A DNA stretch of 64,000 nt from Myxococcota bacterium (GCA_039028615.1 JBCCHT010000049.1:29514-93513); one strand, 5' to 3'. Positions 18,130-31,194 are shown, counted from the first letter of the stretch. Translations and numbers: made by a program. Notes: generated by a model from the letters alone, not told the origin.

Positions 18130-19167
18130 ATGGCAAAGGGCAACGACGTCCTCGAGGTCGCGGACGTAGACGAGCTGATCGATCGAGGGCTCCTGGCCGA
18201 CGAGGAGCAGGACGCCGATCTCGCCGAGCGCATCCTCGATGAGGCGGGCGATCGACTGGGCGAAAACCACCCTCGGGTCCTCCATCTCGCCGGTCGTTTG
18301 GCGTGGGCCAGCGGCGACATCGAGCGCGCCACCGGGTTCTTCCAGCAGGCGGCCGACCAGACCCCGACCCGCGCCGACATCTACATCGATTGCGCGCGGT
18401 GCCTGCACCTGCTGGGCGAGGACGACAGCGCGGCCGAGGCCCAGCTGCGCGCGGCGCTCGAGCTGCCCAACATCGACGCGCTGCACAAGGGTGACGCCCT
18501 AGTGCTGCTGTCGCAGATCCGCCTCGAGGACGACGACGCCGAGGAAGCGCTGGAGCTGCTCGAGCAGATCCCCGCGAGTCTCAAGACGCAGGCGCTGTAC
18601 TTCAGCGCGAAGGCGGACGTGCTGGTCGACCTCGAGCGCATCAAAGAAGCCCTCGAGTGCCTCGACGCGGCCGTCACCGCCGAGCCCAAGGACCCCGACT
18701 ATCACTACCAGCAAGGGCTTGCCCGACAGAGCATCGGCGACATCGAGGGCGGCATCGCGTCCATGCTGAAGGTGCTCGAAATCGAGACCGAGCTGCGTGG
18801 GCCGAGCGAGGCGCCCTCGGCGAAGGAGGTCCAGACCCTTCGCAGCGTGCTCGAAGAGGTCATGGAGGAGCTGCCCAGTCCGCTGCTCGAGCTGGTGGCC
18901 AATGCCCCCGTTCGGGTGCAGGCGGGGGCTAGCCCAGAGCAGGTCCGCGAAGGCGCCGACCCGCGCACGGCGGTGTTCTTCGAGGGCACGCCCAAGCTCG
19001 AGGAGGGCGAGGCCGAGCTCACCGGGATCGTGGTGGCGCGCGACGTGCTGCTCGACGAGATCGAAGACGACGAGGAAATCGGCGAGGCGCTGCTGTTGGC
19101 CATGGCCAGCGAGATCGCCGACTTCTTTGCGAAGGAGGACCTCATCTACGCGGAGGCGAGCTCGTGA
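18130..19167 (+). CDS. TPR protein with a C-terminal zincin-like domain lacking HExxH
   Basis: Helical TPR-like repeats; C-terminus EELPSPL...DPR...FEG...IVV..D....SEIADFF. Confidence 0.7.
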   Translation: MAKGNDVLEVADVDELIDRGLLADEEQDADLAERILDEAGDRLGENHPRVLHLAGRLAWASGDIERATGFFQQAADQTPTRADIYIDCARCLHLLGEDDSAAEAQLRAALELPNIDALHKGDALVLLSQIRLEDDDAEEALELLEQIPASLKTQALYFSAKADVLVDLERIKEALECLDAAVTAEPKDPDYHYQQGLARQSIGDIEGGIASMLKVLEIETELRGPSEAPSAKEVQTLRSVLEEVMEELPSPLLELVANAPVRVQAGASPEQVREGADPRTAVFFEGTPKLEEGEAELTGIVVARDVLLDEIEDDEEIGEALLLAMASEIADFFAKEDLIYAEASS

Positions 19168-20432
19168 CCGACGGCCGACATGTGCCCAACGACGACAGCG
19201 CGGCGCTGATCTACGACTGGAACGACAAAGACCGCCGGGGCCCGGTGCTGCGCAAGCAGCCGCGCTTCGTCGACGAGACCATCCGCGATGGGCTGCAGTC
19301 GCCGTCGGTGACCGATCCGACCATCGAGCAGAAGATGGAGCTCGTTCGCCTGATGGATCGGCTGGGCATCGACGTCGTCGACCTCGGCCTGCCCGGGGCA
19401 GGACGTCGCGCCGTCGAGGACGTCGAGCGCCTGTGCCGGATGATCGTCGAAGAGAAGCTCGCGATCCGGCCCAACTGCGCCGCGCGGACGGTGGCCGCCG
19501 ACATTCGGCCGATCATCGAGATCTCCGAGCGGGTGGGGATACCCATCGAGGTGACCGCGTTCATCGGCTCGAGCCCGATCCGCGCCTACGCCGAGGACTG
19601 GGACGTGGGGCGCCTGGAGCGGCTGACCCGCGACGCCATGAAGATGGTGGTGCAGGCCGGCCTGCCCGCGTCGTTCGTCACCGAGGACACCACCCGCAGC
19701 CACCCGCGAACCCTCGACCGGCTGTTCCGCGCCGCGATCGAAGAGGGCGCCACCCGGCTCGTGCTCTGCGATACCTGCGGGCACGCCTCGCCCGATGGGG
19801 TTCGCAACCTGCTGCACTTCACCCGGGCCCTGCTGCGAGCGATGGGCATGGAAGATCAGGTCGCGCTCGACTGGCACGGGCACAACGACCGCGGCCACGC
19901 GCTGACCCTGGCCCTGTTCGCCCTCGAGTGGGGGGTCGACCGCGCGCATGGCTGTGCGCTCGGCATCGGCGAGCGGGTCGGCAACACCTCCATGGATCTG
20001 ATGCTGCTCAACCTGTACCTCATGGGTGAGCTGGACTCGGACAAGCACGACCTGTCGTGCCTGGTGGAGTACGTGCACAAGACCAGCGAGTTCACCGGTG
20101 TGCCCATTCATCCCAGCTACCCGCTGGCGGGGCGCGATGCCTTCCGCACCGCGACCGGCGTGCATGCGGCCGCCGTGATCAAGGCCGAGGGCAAGGGCGA
20201 CATGGAGCTGGCCGACCGGGTCTACTCCTCGGTGCCCGCGCGGCACTTCGGTCGGCAGCAGGAGATCGAGATCGGTCACTACAGCGGGCGCTCGAACGTC
20301 GAGCACTGGCTGCGCTCGCACGGCTACCAGGCCGAGGACGCGCTGGTCGATCGCATCTTCTCCCGGGCCAAGCAGGGCAACCGGACGCTCGAAGAAGAAG
20401 AGATCCGGGCGATCATCGAGCAGGCTTCGTAG
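19164..20432 (+). CDS. LeuA-like DRE-TIM metallolyase (isopropylmalate/homocitrate synthase family) with no regulatory domain
   Basis: DETIRDGLQ, HGHND, GIGERVGN; 422 aa; GTGA overlap with the upstream gene. Confidence 0.9.
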   Translation: MTDGRHVPNDDSAALIYDWNDKDRRGPVLRKQPRFVDETIRDGLQSPSVTDPTIEQKMELVRLMDRLGIDVVDLGLPGAGRRAVEDVERLCRMIVEEKLAIRPNCAARTVAADIRPIIEISERVGIPIEVTAFIGSSPIRAYAEDWDVGRLERLTRDAMKMVVQAGLPASFVTEDTTRSHPRTLDRLFRAAIEEGATRLVLCDTCGHASPDGVRNLLHFTRALLRAMGMEDQVALDWHGHNDRGHALTLALFALEWGVDRAHGCALGIGERVGNTSMDLMLLNLYLMGELDSDKHDLSCLVEYVHKTSEFTGVPIHPSYPLAGRDAFRTATGVHAAAVIKAEGKGDMELADRVYSSVPARHFGRQQEIEIGHYSGRSNVEHWLRSHGYQAEDALVDRIFSRAKQGNRTLEEEEIRAIIEQAS

Positions 20433-20444
20433 CTCGCCTTCACC

Positions 20445-22625
20445 TCAGATCAGGTCGTCGACGGCGCCGACGCTCGACAGCGGCCCGTTGTAGCGCTGGC
20501 CGTGCGGGAGCTGCGATGCGCTCATCTGCATCGCGTGGGTCGTGGCCAGCTCGCCGCAGCTCGCGTCCGAGGGGCTCGCCCGGTTCTGCACCGAGTTTTG
20601 GTGCCACAGGTCGTAGAACTCGCGAATGTCTCGGGTGTCGCCCGGCACGCCGAGGTGCTCTTGCCACAAAGAGCGACGGTACTCGGTGACCTTGCCGCGG
20701 TGGTGGAGCGAGACGCCGATCTCGGCGTCGGTGGTCGACAGGCTGCGGCCGTTGAAGTTGGCCGAGCCGATATAGGCCCAGGTGTCGTCGACGATCATCG
20801 TCTTCGAGTGCGGGTAGATCATCTCGGCGTAGGCGTTGGGCGGCATGCAGCGGGCGAGCCCGAAGACCCCCACTCGATCCGCGGCATTGGGGACGCCGAG
20901 CCAGCGCCGGAGGATGGACGCTTGGAGCCAGGTGGCGTGGGAGACCGCTCGGTTCTGCAGCTCTTCGGGGACCGGGAGCCACTCGTAGTGATCCCGTCGG
21001 TTCAAGGGGACCCCGAAGTAGCGCTCGCCGAAGCGGGGGGCGTTTTGCAGGCGCTCCATCTCCTCGGTCACGAAGGGGATGACCGCGATGACCTGGAGCG
21101 CCGCATTGGCCCGCAGCGCGGCCTCGATGGCGTCGCCGAAGCCCTCGTGGTTGATGTACTGGTTTTCGATGTAGATGTAGTGGCGCGCGGTCTCGATGGC
21201 GCGCTCGAGCGCCTTCATGGTGCCCGTGTAGCGCATGCGTCGATAGCCATGGGGGACGAGATGAGCCTGGTGAAGGTCGTCCGTCTTGATCACCTGCACG
21301 TTGTGCCCGGTGGTCGGCCCTCGTCCCAGGCGGTGAGGGACTTCGAGGTCGTCCCAGAGCGCCGCCGCGTCGTGATACGTGATTTCGCCCGCGGGATCGG
21401 TGGTCTGATTGATTCCGATGCCCGCGTTCCAGCGGTAGGCGAAGTTGCGCTCGACCTGGCGGGCCCCGTGTCCGTCGATCTCGACGCCGCAGTCGTGCCA
21501 CGGCCAGTGATCGGGGTGCAGGCGCGTGGCGTGGCCCGGAGCCGACTGGCGGTCGGGCATGAAGTCGATGCCGCCGAGCAGAGCGTAACGACCGTCCACC
21601 GTGACGTACTTCTCGTGGTACGCGCCCATCTGCTGGAGGGCGAAGGTGTACGGGTGCTTCGATACCCGGCACGAGACATTGGCATGCGCGAGAAAGCGGA
21701 GGACCTCGGGATAGGCCCACGTGCCGTTGTGATAGTCGAGCAGGACGTGGACCTTCACGCCGCGCTGGGCCGCAGCGAGCAGGGCCTGCCGGATGCTGAG
21801 GCCGCCCCCGACAGGCGTGCGGTGGTCGAAGCTCCAGCTCGCCACGTACACGTGTTGCCGCGCCGTCTGGATGCGGCCCAGCACCGCGGCGAAGTAGTTC
21901 GAGCCGTCGATGAGCGGGCGCGGCCGAGCCGAGCGCGTGGGTCCGTGGCCCAGGTTGTGCACCGCGCGGATCCACCAGGGGCGCACGTCGAGGCGAGGGG
22001 AGCGGCCGCGGATGAGCTGTCCTCCGTCGCGGATGGTCACGTTGAACTGGAGCTCGAGATCATCGTGCTCGGTGCGACTGGGATCACCGGGCAGGTTGAT
22101 GGTGGTGAGGACGTAGCTGCAGTTGTGGGTCGCGTCCGCCTCGACCACGATGTGCTCGGAGGTCACGTCCCAGCCTTCGGCCTGGGCATCCGACGAAGAC
22201 TGGAGGCTGCGCTCGGAGACCCCGAGCTCGTAGTCGTCCGCGTCGAAATCCGAGGCCTGGGTGGTGACCGCGAGCATCGGGTCGTTCGGGTTGACGCCGA
22301 CGTCGAGCTCGATCACCTCGAAGCTCACTTGCGCCGAGCTCGACAGCTGCACGCCGTTGACCTGCACGCGGAGCTGGATGTTGTCGTGGGCGAAGGCGCG
22401 GCGCGTGGGCCATTGCAGGAAGGTGCCTGGTGTCGATGGCACCTCGGCCTCCATGACCCAGTCCGGCCAGGCCGAGGCGCCGTCGACCAGCGTGCTGCGA
22501 GTCGGCCCCAGGCATACGTTGCGCTGGATCTGGGCCGAGCGAGCGGCGTGGCCCGAGCCTCGCGGCGGAGGAGGGCAGGGCGGTGCGGGGGAGACGTCCC
22601 CGTCGTGGGCGGTCGGCTCGCTCAT
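20445..22625 (-). CDS. Phospholipase D with two HKD motifs and a ~230-aa N-terminal extension
   Basis: HEKYVTVD...GGID and HSKTMIVD...GSAN; YIYIENQY; no signal peptide. Confidence 0.92.
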   Translation of the reverse strand: MSEPTAHDGDVSPAPPCPPPPRGSGHAARSAQIQRNVCLGPTRSTLVDGASAWPDWVMEAEVPSTPGTFLQWPTRRAFAHDNIQLRVQVNGVQLSSSAQVSFEVIELDVGVNPNDPMLAVTTQASDFDADDYELGVSERSLQSSSDAQAEGWDVTSEHIVVEADATHNCSYVLTTINLPGDPSRTEHDDLELQFNVTIRDGGQLIRGRSPRLDVRPWWIRAVHNLGHGPTRSARPRPLIDGSNYFAAVLGRIQTARQHVYVASWSFDHRTPVGGGLSIRQALLAAAQRGVKVHVLLDYHNGTWAYPEVLRFLAHANVSCRVSKHPYTFALQQMGAYHEKYVTVDGRYALLGGIDFMPDRQSAPGHATRLHPDHWPWHDCGVEIDGHGARQVERNFAYRWNAGIGINQTTDPAGEITYHDAAALWDDLEVPHRLGRGPTTGHNVQVIKTDDLHQAHLVPHGYRRMRYTGTMKALERAIETARHYIYIENQYINHEGFGDAIEAALRANAALQVIAVIPFVTEEMERLQNAPRFGERYFGVPLNRRDHYEWLPVPEELQNRAVSHATWLQASILRRWLGVPNAADRVGVFGLARCMPPNAYAEMIYPHSKTMIVDDTWAYIGSANFNGRSLSTTDAEIGVSLHHRGKVTEYRRSLWQEHLGVPGDTRDIREFYDLWHQNSVQNRASPSDASCGELATTHAMQMSASQLPHGQRYNGPLSSVGAVDDLI

Positions 22626-23269
22626 TCGTTGTCGTGAACCTCGGTGAGCTTCGCGGCGGTGGCGTCGTCGAGCTCACCGGTGGCGTCGAGTCCATGGAGC
22701 TGTTGGAAGTATCGGAGCGCTTCTCGGGTCCACGGTCCCAGCTCGCCGTCGATGGCTCCCGGATCGATCTGGAGGTTGCGCAAGCGGGCCTGAGCGCCCT
22801 GGATGGTCGACACCGGATCGAGAGCGCCGACTTCGAGCTCGTACGTTCGCTCGTGCTCGTCTTCACTCTGCGCCGGGACACGGAGCCGCGCCTCTCGGGT
22901 CCGGGCCGGGACCGCGGTGATGACCATGCCGTCGCCGTCGGTCGTACCCTCGATCGTCGCGCCCTCGCACTCGATCTCGTAGGCCCGGTCGGCGAGCGGC
23001 TCGCCCTTGGTGTCGAGCAACTGCACGTGGACCTCGACGGAACGACGCTGCACTCGAAATCGGTGCCGCTGGTCGACGGCCGCGTCGTGCCAGCGCAGCT
23101 CGATGTCGGGGACGGTGACGGTATCGCCATCCTCGAGGCACTCGGGGGTCCGCCCCTGCTCGCGGAGGTGCTTGTTGGCGGGGTCGTCCCAGATCTTCTC
23201 CCACGGGACCTTCGCCTGCGCGGCGATGCTGTGGATGCAGTCTCGGGCTCGTGCCGTGTACCGGGGCAT
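22622..23269 (-). CDS. LysM-like + beta-sandwich + peptidoglycan-binding (PG_binding_1) protein
   Basis: DCIHSIA...IWDDPAN...LEDGDTVTVPD (LysM-like); QARLRNL..DPGAIDGELGPWTREALRYFQ..HGL..TG (PG-binding). Confidence 0.88.
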   Translation of the reverse strand: MPRYTARARDCIHSIAAQAKVPWEKIWDDPANKHLREQGRTPECLEDGDTVTVPDIELRWHDAAVDQRHRFRVQRRSVEVHVQLLDTKGEPLADRAYEIECEGATIEGTTDGDGMVITAVPARTREARLRVPAQSEDEHERTYELEVGALDPVSTIQGAQARLRNLQIDPGAIDGELGPWTREALRYFQQLHGLDATGELDDATAAKLTEVHDNE

Positions 23270-23360
23270 GACTGTTCTCAGCCACGGCGGCGCCACGCCG
23301 ACGGGCGGTCGTGTCGCCCGATGGCCGCGCCACCGCTCGCCGTCGTGCGCGGCGGTCGGG

Positions 23361-23915
23361 TCAGGTCTCGCCGCCGGAGGGGGCGAGGTCTTTGACTTTT
23401 TCCTTCAGGATCAGCCCGCCACGCCGGATATAGGTGCGGACCGTGGTGGCTTCGACCCCCAGGATCGAGCCGATCTCGGGGCTCTTCATGCCTTCCCAGA
23501 ACTTGAGCTCCAGGGCGACCTGCATGTTCACGGGCAGCTCTCGTAGCGCCTCGAGCAGCCGTGTCTTGGCCTCGTCGTTGCGCATCATCGTGCTCGGCCC
23601 GGGTGCCATGTTCCACATCGAGCGCGACTCGAGCTGGTCTTCTCGCGCGTCGTACTTGCGCTGCAAGAAGCGCTGGAACCGGTTGTAGGCCACGCGAAAC
23701 AGGTAGGGGCGAAACTCGCGAATGCGGTCGCGCTGCTCCACGCAGATCGCAAAGGTGTCTTGGATCAGATCCTCGTGGCCTTCGGCGAGCTTGTTGGCGA
23801 AGAACCGATCCAGCGCGGCATAGTGGCGATCGAGCAGGGCCCGTCCGGCGTCGGCATCCCCCGAGCGCCATGCATCGAGGAGCTGTGCGTCGCTGCGGGC
23901 GCCCGGCTTCGCCAT
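23361..23915 (-). CDS. ECF RNA polymerase sigma factor
   Basis: SDAQLLDAWRSGD, EDLIQDTF, FRPYLFRVAYN; region 4 LP..QVALELKFWEGM...EIG..LG....TVRT. Confidence 0.92.
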   Translation of the reverse strand: MAKPGARSDAQLLDAWRSGDADAGRALLDRHYAALDRFFANKLAEGHEDLIQDTFAICVEQRDRIREFRPYLFRVAYNRFQRFLQRKYDAREDQLESRSMWNMAPGPSTMMRNDEAKTRLLEALRELPVNMQVALELKFWEGMKSPEIGSILGVEATTVRTYIRRGGLILKEKVKDLAPSGGET

Positions 23916-24252
23916 CCGATGAGGATACAACCAAGCGCCGCGGCCCGGGTGGAGCGGGTACGAGGTCGCGCGCGGTGGCCCGGCGGCCATGACGAAGGGG
24001 TCGCACTTGAGAGCGGCTCGAACCCGAAGTGCCGACGAGGGGCCCGACCGTTGCACCTCGATCGAAAAAAAACGAAGAGGCTCGAATTCGCGGCGCGAGG
24101 GCGCTTCAGCGATGGAAGCGCCGGATTCGGATCGGCGCGGCCGAAGCGGGGAGCGACGAGCGGGGCACATCGCCACGCTCGGCCGAGCCTCGCCCGACAA
24201 CCGTGAGAACAACCACGATGGATCGACGTGCACTCATCCGCGGCGGGAGCAA

Positions 24253-26418
24253 ATGAGCTATGCACCAGTGATGGCTGCGCCCGAAGACCTCGGCGACGAG
24301 ACGCCCGCGCTGGACACCGCGGTCGTGCAGGCGCTGCAAGGGGTCGTGGGAACGCCGGCCTCGGACATCGCCCGCGAAGCCAAGCGCGATGCGGTGCTCG
24401 ACGGACTGGGTCTGTCCGAGCCCGGGTCCGCGCGTCGCTTGGGTCGCTACGTGGTCGTGGGGGTCTTGGGGCGCGGAGGCATGGGGACCGTGCTGGAGGC
24501 CCACGACGAGCAGGCGGATCGGCGCGTGGCGATCAAGCTGCTGCACTCGGGGAGCGCCGAGCACCACGTGCAGCGGCTCCGGGCCGAGGCGCAGGCGCTG
24601 GCCAGCTTCGATCACCCCAACGTCGTCGAGGTCTTCGAGGTCGGCGAGGCCGAGGGCCAAGCCTTCGTCGCGATGCAGCGGCTCGACGGGGTGACCCTGG
24701 CGACGTGGCAGACCGAGGCGGCCCGGGGCTGGCGGGCGTGTGTCGAGGTCTATCTGCAAGCGGGTCGAGGCCTGTCCGCGGCGCACGAGGCCGGGCTGGT
24801 GCACCAGGACTTCAAGCCCGCCAACTGCATCATCGACGGTCGTCAGCGGGTGCGTGTGCTCGACTTCGGGCTCGCCCGTCGCATCGAAGGGGCCGCCGAG
24901 ACCCATGCCTACGCGCTGGGGACCCCGGGCTATATGGCCCCTGAGCTGTTCGACGGCGCGGCGGCCGACGCTCGGAGCGACCAGTTCAGCTTCTGTGTCG
25001 CGCTCTACGAGGCGCTCTACGGTCGTCGACCCTTCACGGGAGGCTCGCTCGAGGCCGTGATCGCAGCGACGCGCAAGGGGGTGGTCGAGGCGGGGCGAGT
25101 GAGTGTGGAGGTGCCGGCGTCGTTGCGGGCGATCATCGTCCGGGGGCTCGAGGCCGACCCGCAGCGGCGTTGGCCGTCGATGTCGGTGCTGCTCGAGCAG
25201 CTCGAGCGCTGCCTGGCCCCGGGGGCGCGACGATGGTTGACGCCGGGGTTGGTCGCGGGCATGGCCGTGGTCGCGATCGGCCTCGGCTTGGCCGCGGGGG
25301 ACGACGCGGAGCAACGGGCTCGCGCGGGCTGTGCCCGGGCGGCGGAGGAAGGCCTCGACGCGGTATGGAGCGAGCAGCGGGGGCGCAAGGTCGCGACCGC
25401 CCTGTCGGCCACGGGGTTGCCCTACGCCGAAGACACCGCGCAGCGGGTGGTGCCTCGGCTGGGTGCCTACGCCGAGCGATGGGCCGAGGCTCACCGCCAG
25501 GCCTGCGAGGCGACGCAGGTGCGACGGGAGCAGAGCGAGCGGACCCTGGAACTACGCCTACGCTGCCTCGGGGACCACGCCGTGGCGCTGGCGGCCACCG
25601 TCGAGACTCTGGCCGATGCGGATGAGCCTGTCGTTCGAGAGGCGATGGCGGTGGTGACGATGCTGCCTCCGATCGAAACCTGCGATGATGCCACGCGACT
25701 GCAGCGGCTCGACGATGCGATGCCGCTGCCCAACGAAGAGGCGCGAGCGCAGCAGGTGGCGTCGCTGCGCGAGCGGCTGGTCCGGCTGAAGGTTCGCAGC
25801 GACGTCGGTCACCACGCTCACGTCGCGCAGCAGCTGCCGTCGTTGATGGACGACGCGTCTGCACTCGACCACCCGCCCTTGCTCGCCGAGGTGCAGTTGT
25901 GGCGCGGCGTATGCCTCGGCCGCTCGGGTGACCACGAGGAGGCGGAGCGGCAGCTGCGGCAGGCCTACGCCACCGCCCTGGAGCAGGGTCACGAGGACAT
26001 CGTCTTGGGGGCCGCGGCTCGTTTGACGATGGTCGTCGGCGTGCACCTGCAGCGCCACGCGGAGGGCCTTCAGTGGGGACGGACGGCGCTCCCCCTCGCC
26101 ACGCGCCGCGGTGATCCGGTCGCTCGCAGCGTCGTCGAGCGCGGGCTCGGCCGGGTTTTCGACCACCAGGGGCAGCACCCCAAAGCCGAAGAGCACTACC
26201 GACAGGCCCTGCGCTCCGTGCAGGAGGCGGGACCGGGTCACGACCTCGCGACAGCCACCGTCCTCGACGCGCTGGCGACCGTGCTCGAGCGCCGCGGCGA
26301 GCACGGCGAAGCCCTCGAGCGACGCCGCGAGGCGCTCGGGCTGCGTGAGCGCATCCTCGGACCCCGTCACCCCGAGGTACTGCAGGCCCGGCGGCAGTGG
26401 GAGCACACGGCGCGTTGA
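24253..26418 (+). CDS. Ser/Thr protein kinase (non-RD) with TM segment and TPRs
   Basis: GRGGMG, VAIK, HQDFKPAN, DFG, GTPGYMAPE; TM; TPRs. Start at MSYAPV assumed from the GGGAG RBS. Confidence 0.92.
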   Translation: MSYAPVMAAPEDLGDETPALDTAVVQALQGVVGTPASDIAREAKRDAVLDGLGLSEPGSARRLGRYVVVGVLGRGGMGTVLEAHDEQADRRVAIKLLHSGSAEHHVQRLRAEAQALASFDHPNVVEVFEVGEAEGQAFVAMQRLDGVTLATWQTEAARGWRACVEVYLQAGRGLSAAHEAGLVHQDFKPANCIIDGRQRVRVLDFGLARRIEGAAETHAYALGTPGYMAPELFDGAAADARSDQFSFCVALYEALYGRRPFTGGSLEAVIAATRKGVVEAGRVSVEVPASLRAIIVRGLEADPQRRWPSMSVLLEQLERCLAPGARRWLTPGLVAGMAVVAIGLGLAAGDDAEQRARAGCARAAEEGLDAVWSEQRGRKVATALSATGLPYAEDTAQRVVPRLGAYAERWAEAHRQACEATQVRREQSERTLELRLRCLGDHAVALAATVETLADADEPVVREAMAVVTMLPPIETCDDATRLQRLDDAMPLPNEEARAQQVASLRERLVRLKVRSDVGHHAHVAQQLPSLMDDASALDHPPLLAEVQLWRGVCLGRSGDHEEAERQLRQAYATALEQGHEDIVLGAAARLTMVVGVHLQRHAEGLQWGRTALPLATRRGDPVARSVVERGLGRVFDHQGQHPKAEEHYRQALRSVQEAGPGHDLATATVLDALATVLERRGEHGEALERRREALGLRERILGPRHPEVLQARRQWEHTAR

Positions 26419-26421
26419 CCC

Positions 26422-26955
26422 TCAGTCCTGGGCGTCGCGCGGCACGACCTCGACGTCGAGGTGCTTGCCGAGATCGGTGAGGTAGAGGTCGGCCATCTCG
26501 TTCGGCTCGTGGAAGGTGCGCGCCACGAGTCGGTACAGCGGGTTGCTGATCGTGCCGTTATCGGTGATCCGCAGCCGGGTGCCCTCTTCGACGGGCGTGA
26601 GCTCGAAGGTCCACTTCCCGCTGAAGGGCATGTCGGGGTCGGCGGTGGCCAGCACCATGCGCTTGCCGATCTCCTGCTCCTCCACCTGCAGCGAGGTCAG
26701 GCCATCGGCGTTCATCTCGATGAAGCGGATCGGGTCACCCGACTGGATCTCGATGTCGTCGACCTCGCTGCGCCACTCGGGAGTGAGGTCGAAGCGCGAG
26801 ATGACCTGCCACAGCTCTTCGGGAGAGTGGGGGTAGACGGCCTCGCGCATGGCCAGGTGGTTGGCCTCCATGGTGGCGCCGACGCCCGCTGCGATCGCGG
26901 TGAGCACCGCGAGGCCGATGAGGACCCAGATGAGCGAGCGACGAATGAAATCCAT
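26422..26955 (-). CDS. SRPBCC/START-like protein with N-terminal TM
   Basis: SPEELWQVI...PEWRS...FSGKWTFELTP..EGTRL.IT pattern. Confidence 0.8.
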   Translation of the reverse strand: MDFIRRSLIWVLIGLAVLTAIAAGVGATMEANHLAMREAVYPHSPEELWQVISRFDLTPEWRSEVDDIEIQSGDPIRFIEMNADGLTSLQVEEQEIGKRMVLATADPDMPFSGKWTFELTPVEEGTRLRITDNGTISNPLYRLVARTFHEPNEMADLYLTDLGKHLDVEVVPRDAQD

Positions 26956-26973
26956 GGTCCCGGCCTCCCGTGG

Positions 26974-28191
26974 TCAGCCGCAGACGCGCTGGAACGCGGC
27001 GAGCGCCCCGTCGACCGCGGCATCGTCGGCGGCCATCGACAGGCGCAGGTAGCCGGGCATGGCGAAGGCGGTGCCCGGCACCACGATGGTGCGCTCGGCC
27101 AGCATGCGCTCGGTCAGGGCGACGTCGCCTCCCTGCTCGTCGCGCAGGCGCTCGGGTAGGCGGGGGAACAGGAAGAACCCGGCCTGCGGGGGCTGGAGCT
27201 CGAAGCCGAGGTCGCTCAGGCCCGCGGCCATTCGCTCGCAGCGTCGCGCGTAGACCCCCACGTCGACCTTGCCGTCCTCGTGCCCGAGCACCTTGGGCAG
27301 CACGCGCTGCATGAGGGCGGGCGCGTTGACGAAGCCGAGCACGCGGTTGTTGAAGGCGAAGGCCCGACCCAGCAGCCCGACCCCCTGGGCCCGCGGGGAG
27401 ATGATGATGTAGCCGATGCGCTCCCCGGCCAGCCCCAGGTCTTTGGAGTGGCTGGTGATGTGAATGGTGTGCTCGTATTGCGTCATCATCGACGCGACCG
27501 CGCTGCCGTCGTGAGTGAGGTCGCGGTAGGGGCTGTCCTCGATCACGAAGATCGGTGTGTCGCGCTTGCTGTTGGTCTCGCGCAGCACCGTGGCCAGGCG
27601 CTCGAGCTCGGCCGCGCTGTAGACCACCCCGCTGGGATTGTTGGGGGAGTTGATGAGCAGCAGCCGGGTGCGCTCGGTCAGCCGCGACGCGATGGCGTCG
27701 ATGTCGAGGGCGAAGGTGTCGGTCGAAGGCGCAGGTACGAGCACCGCGCTGGCGTTTGCGCAGTAGTGGTCGTACTCGGCAAAGTACGGCACGGGCACCA
27801 CGATTTCGTCGCCCGCGTCGAGCATCGACCGCAGCAGCACGTTGATCCCGCCCGCGGCGCCCACGGTCAACGTCAGGTGCGAGCCCTCGATGGGCAGTGA
27901 GAACCGCTCTGCTTCCCGCTCAGCGAGGAATTGTCGGACCTCGGGGAAGCCCGCATTGGTCATGTAGCGATGAAGTCCGGGGGTCGGATCATCGAGCAGC
28001 TCGTGCAGCGCTTGGGTCCAACGTTTGGGTGGCTCCAGGCTCGGATTGCCCAGCGACAGGTCATGCACCGGGCCTCCTCCCTGGCTACGCAATTGCGCGG
28101 CCTGTTCGAACATTCGTCGAGTCCACGACTCTTTGGCTCCGAGCAAGGTCTCGGCTACGCGAGTGGCCAAAAGGGCACGTCCGTCGTCCAC
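26974..28191 (-). CDS. Aspartate aminotransferase-like PLP enzyme
   Basis: DLSLGNP, INSPNNPSG, EDSPY, SHSKDLGLAGERIGY; start approximate (GTG). Confidence 0.9.
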   Translation of the reverse strand: MDDGRALLATRVAETLLGAKESWTRRMFEQAAQLRSQGGGPVHDLSLGNPSLEPPKRWTQALHELLDDPTPGLHRYMTNAGFPEVRQFLAEREAERFSLPIEGSHLTLTVGAAGGINVLLRSMLDAGDEIVVPVPYFAEYDHYCANASAVLVPAPSTDTFALDIDAIASRLTERTRLLLINSPNNPSGVVYSAAELERLATVLRETNSKRDTPIFVIEDSPYRDLTHDGSAVASMMTQYEHTIHITSHSKDLGLAGERIGYIIISPRAQGVGLLGRAFAFNNRVLGFVNAPALMQRVLPKVLGHEDGKVDVGVYARRCERMAAGLSDLGFELQPPQAGFFLFPRLPERLRDEQGGDVALTERMLAERTIVVPGTAFAMPGYLRLSMAADDAAVDGALAAFQRVCG

Positions 28192-28437
28192 GACCGAACC
28201 ATAGACCGGACCGTGGGGTCGCGGTGCACGCGGGGGGCGCGGCGAGCCGGGGCCGGCCTGGATGCCCGTGTTCCTCGAATTTCGGCCCATGTGAGCGGAG
28301 GGGGTCCGGGGCTCACCGGCCGATGGTGGTGAGACGGGGCGGCACCTCGTCAATGCGCTACACTCCGCGGCCCCACGGTCGTGGTGCCGGCCTTTTCCTG
28401 GGGCCTCGAGCCACGCCATGCTCCCCGCGTCGAACCG

Positions 28438-31190
<2,753 letters not shown>

Positions 31191-31194
<4 letters not shown>

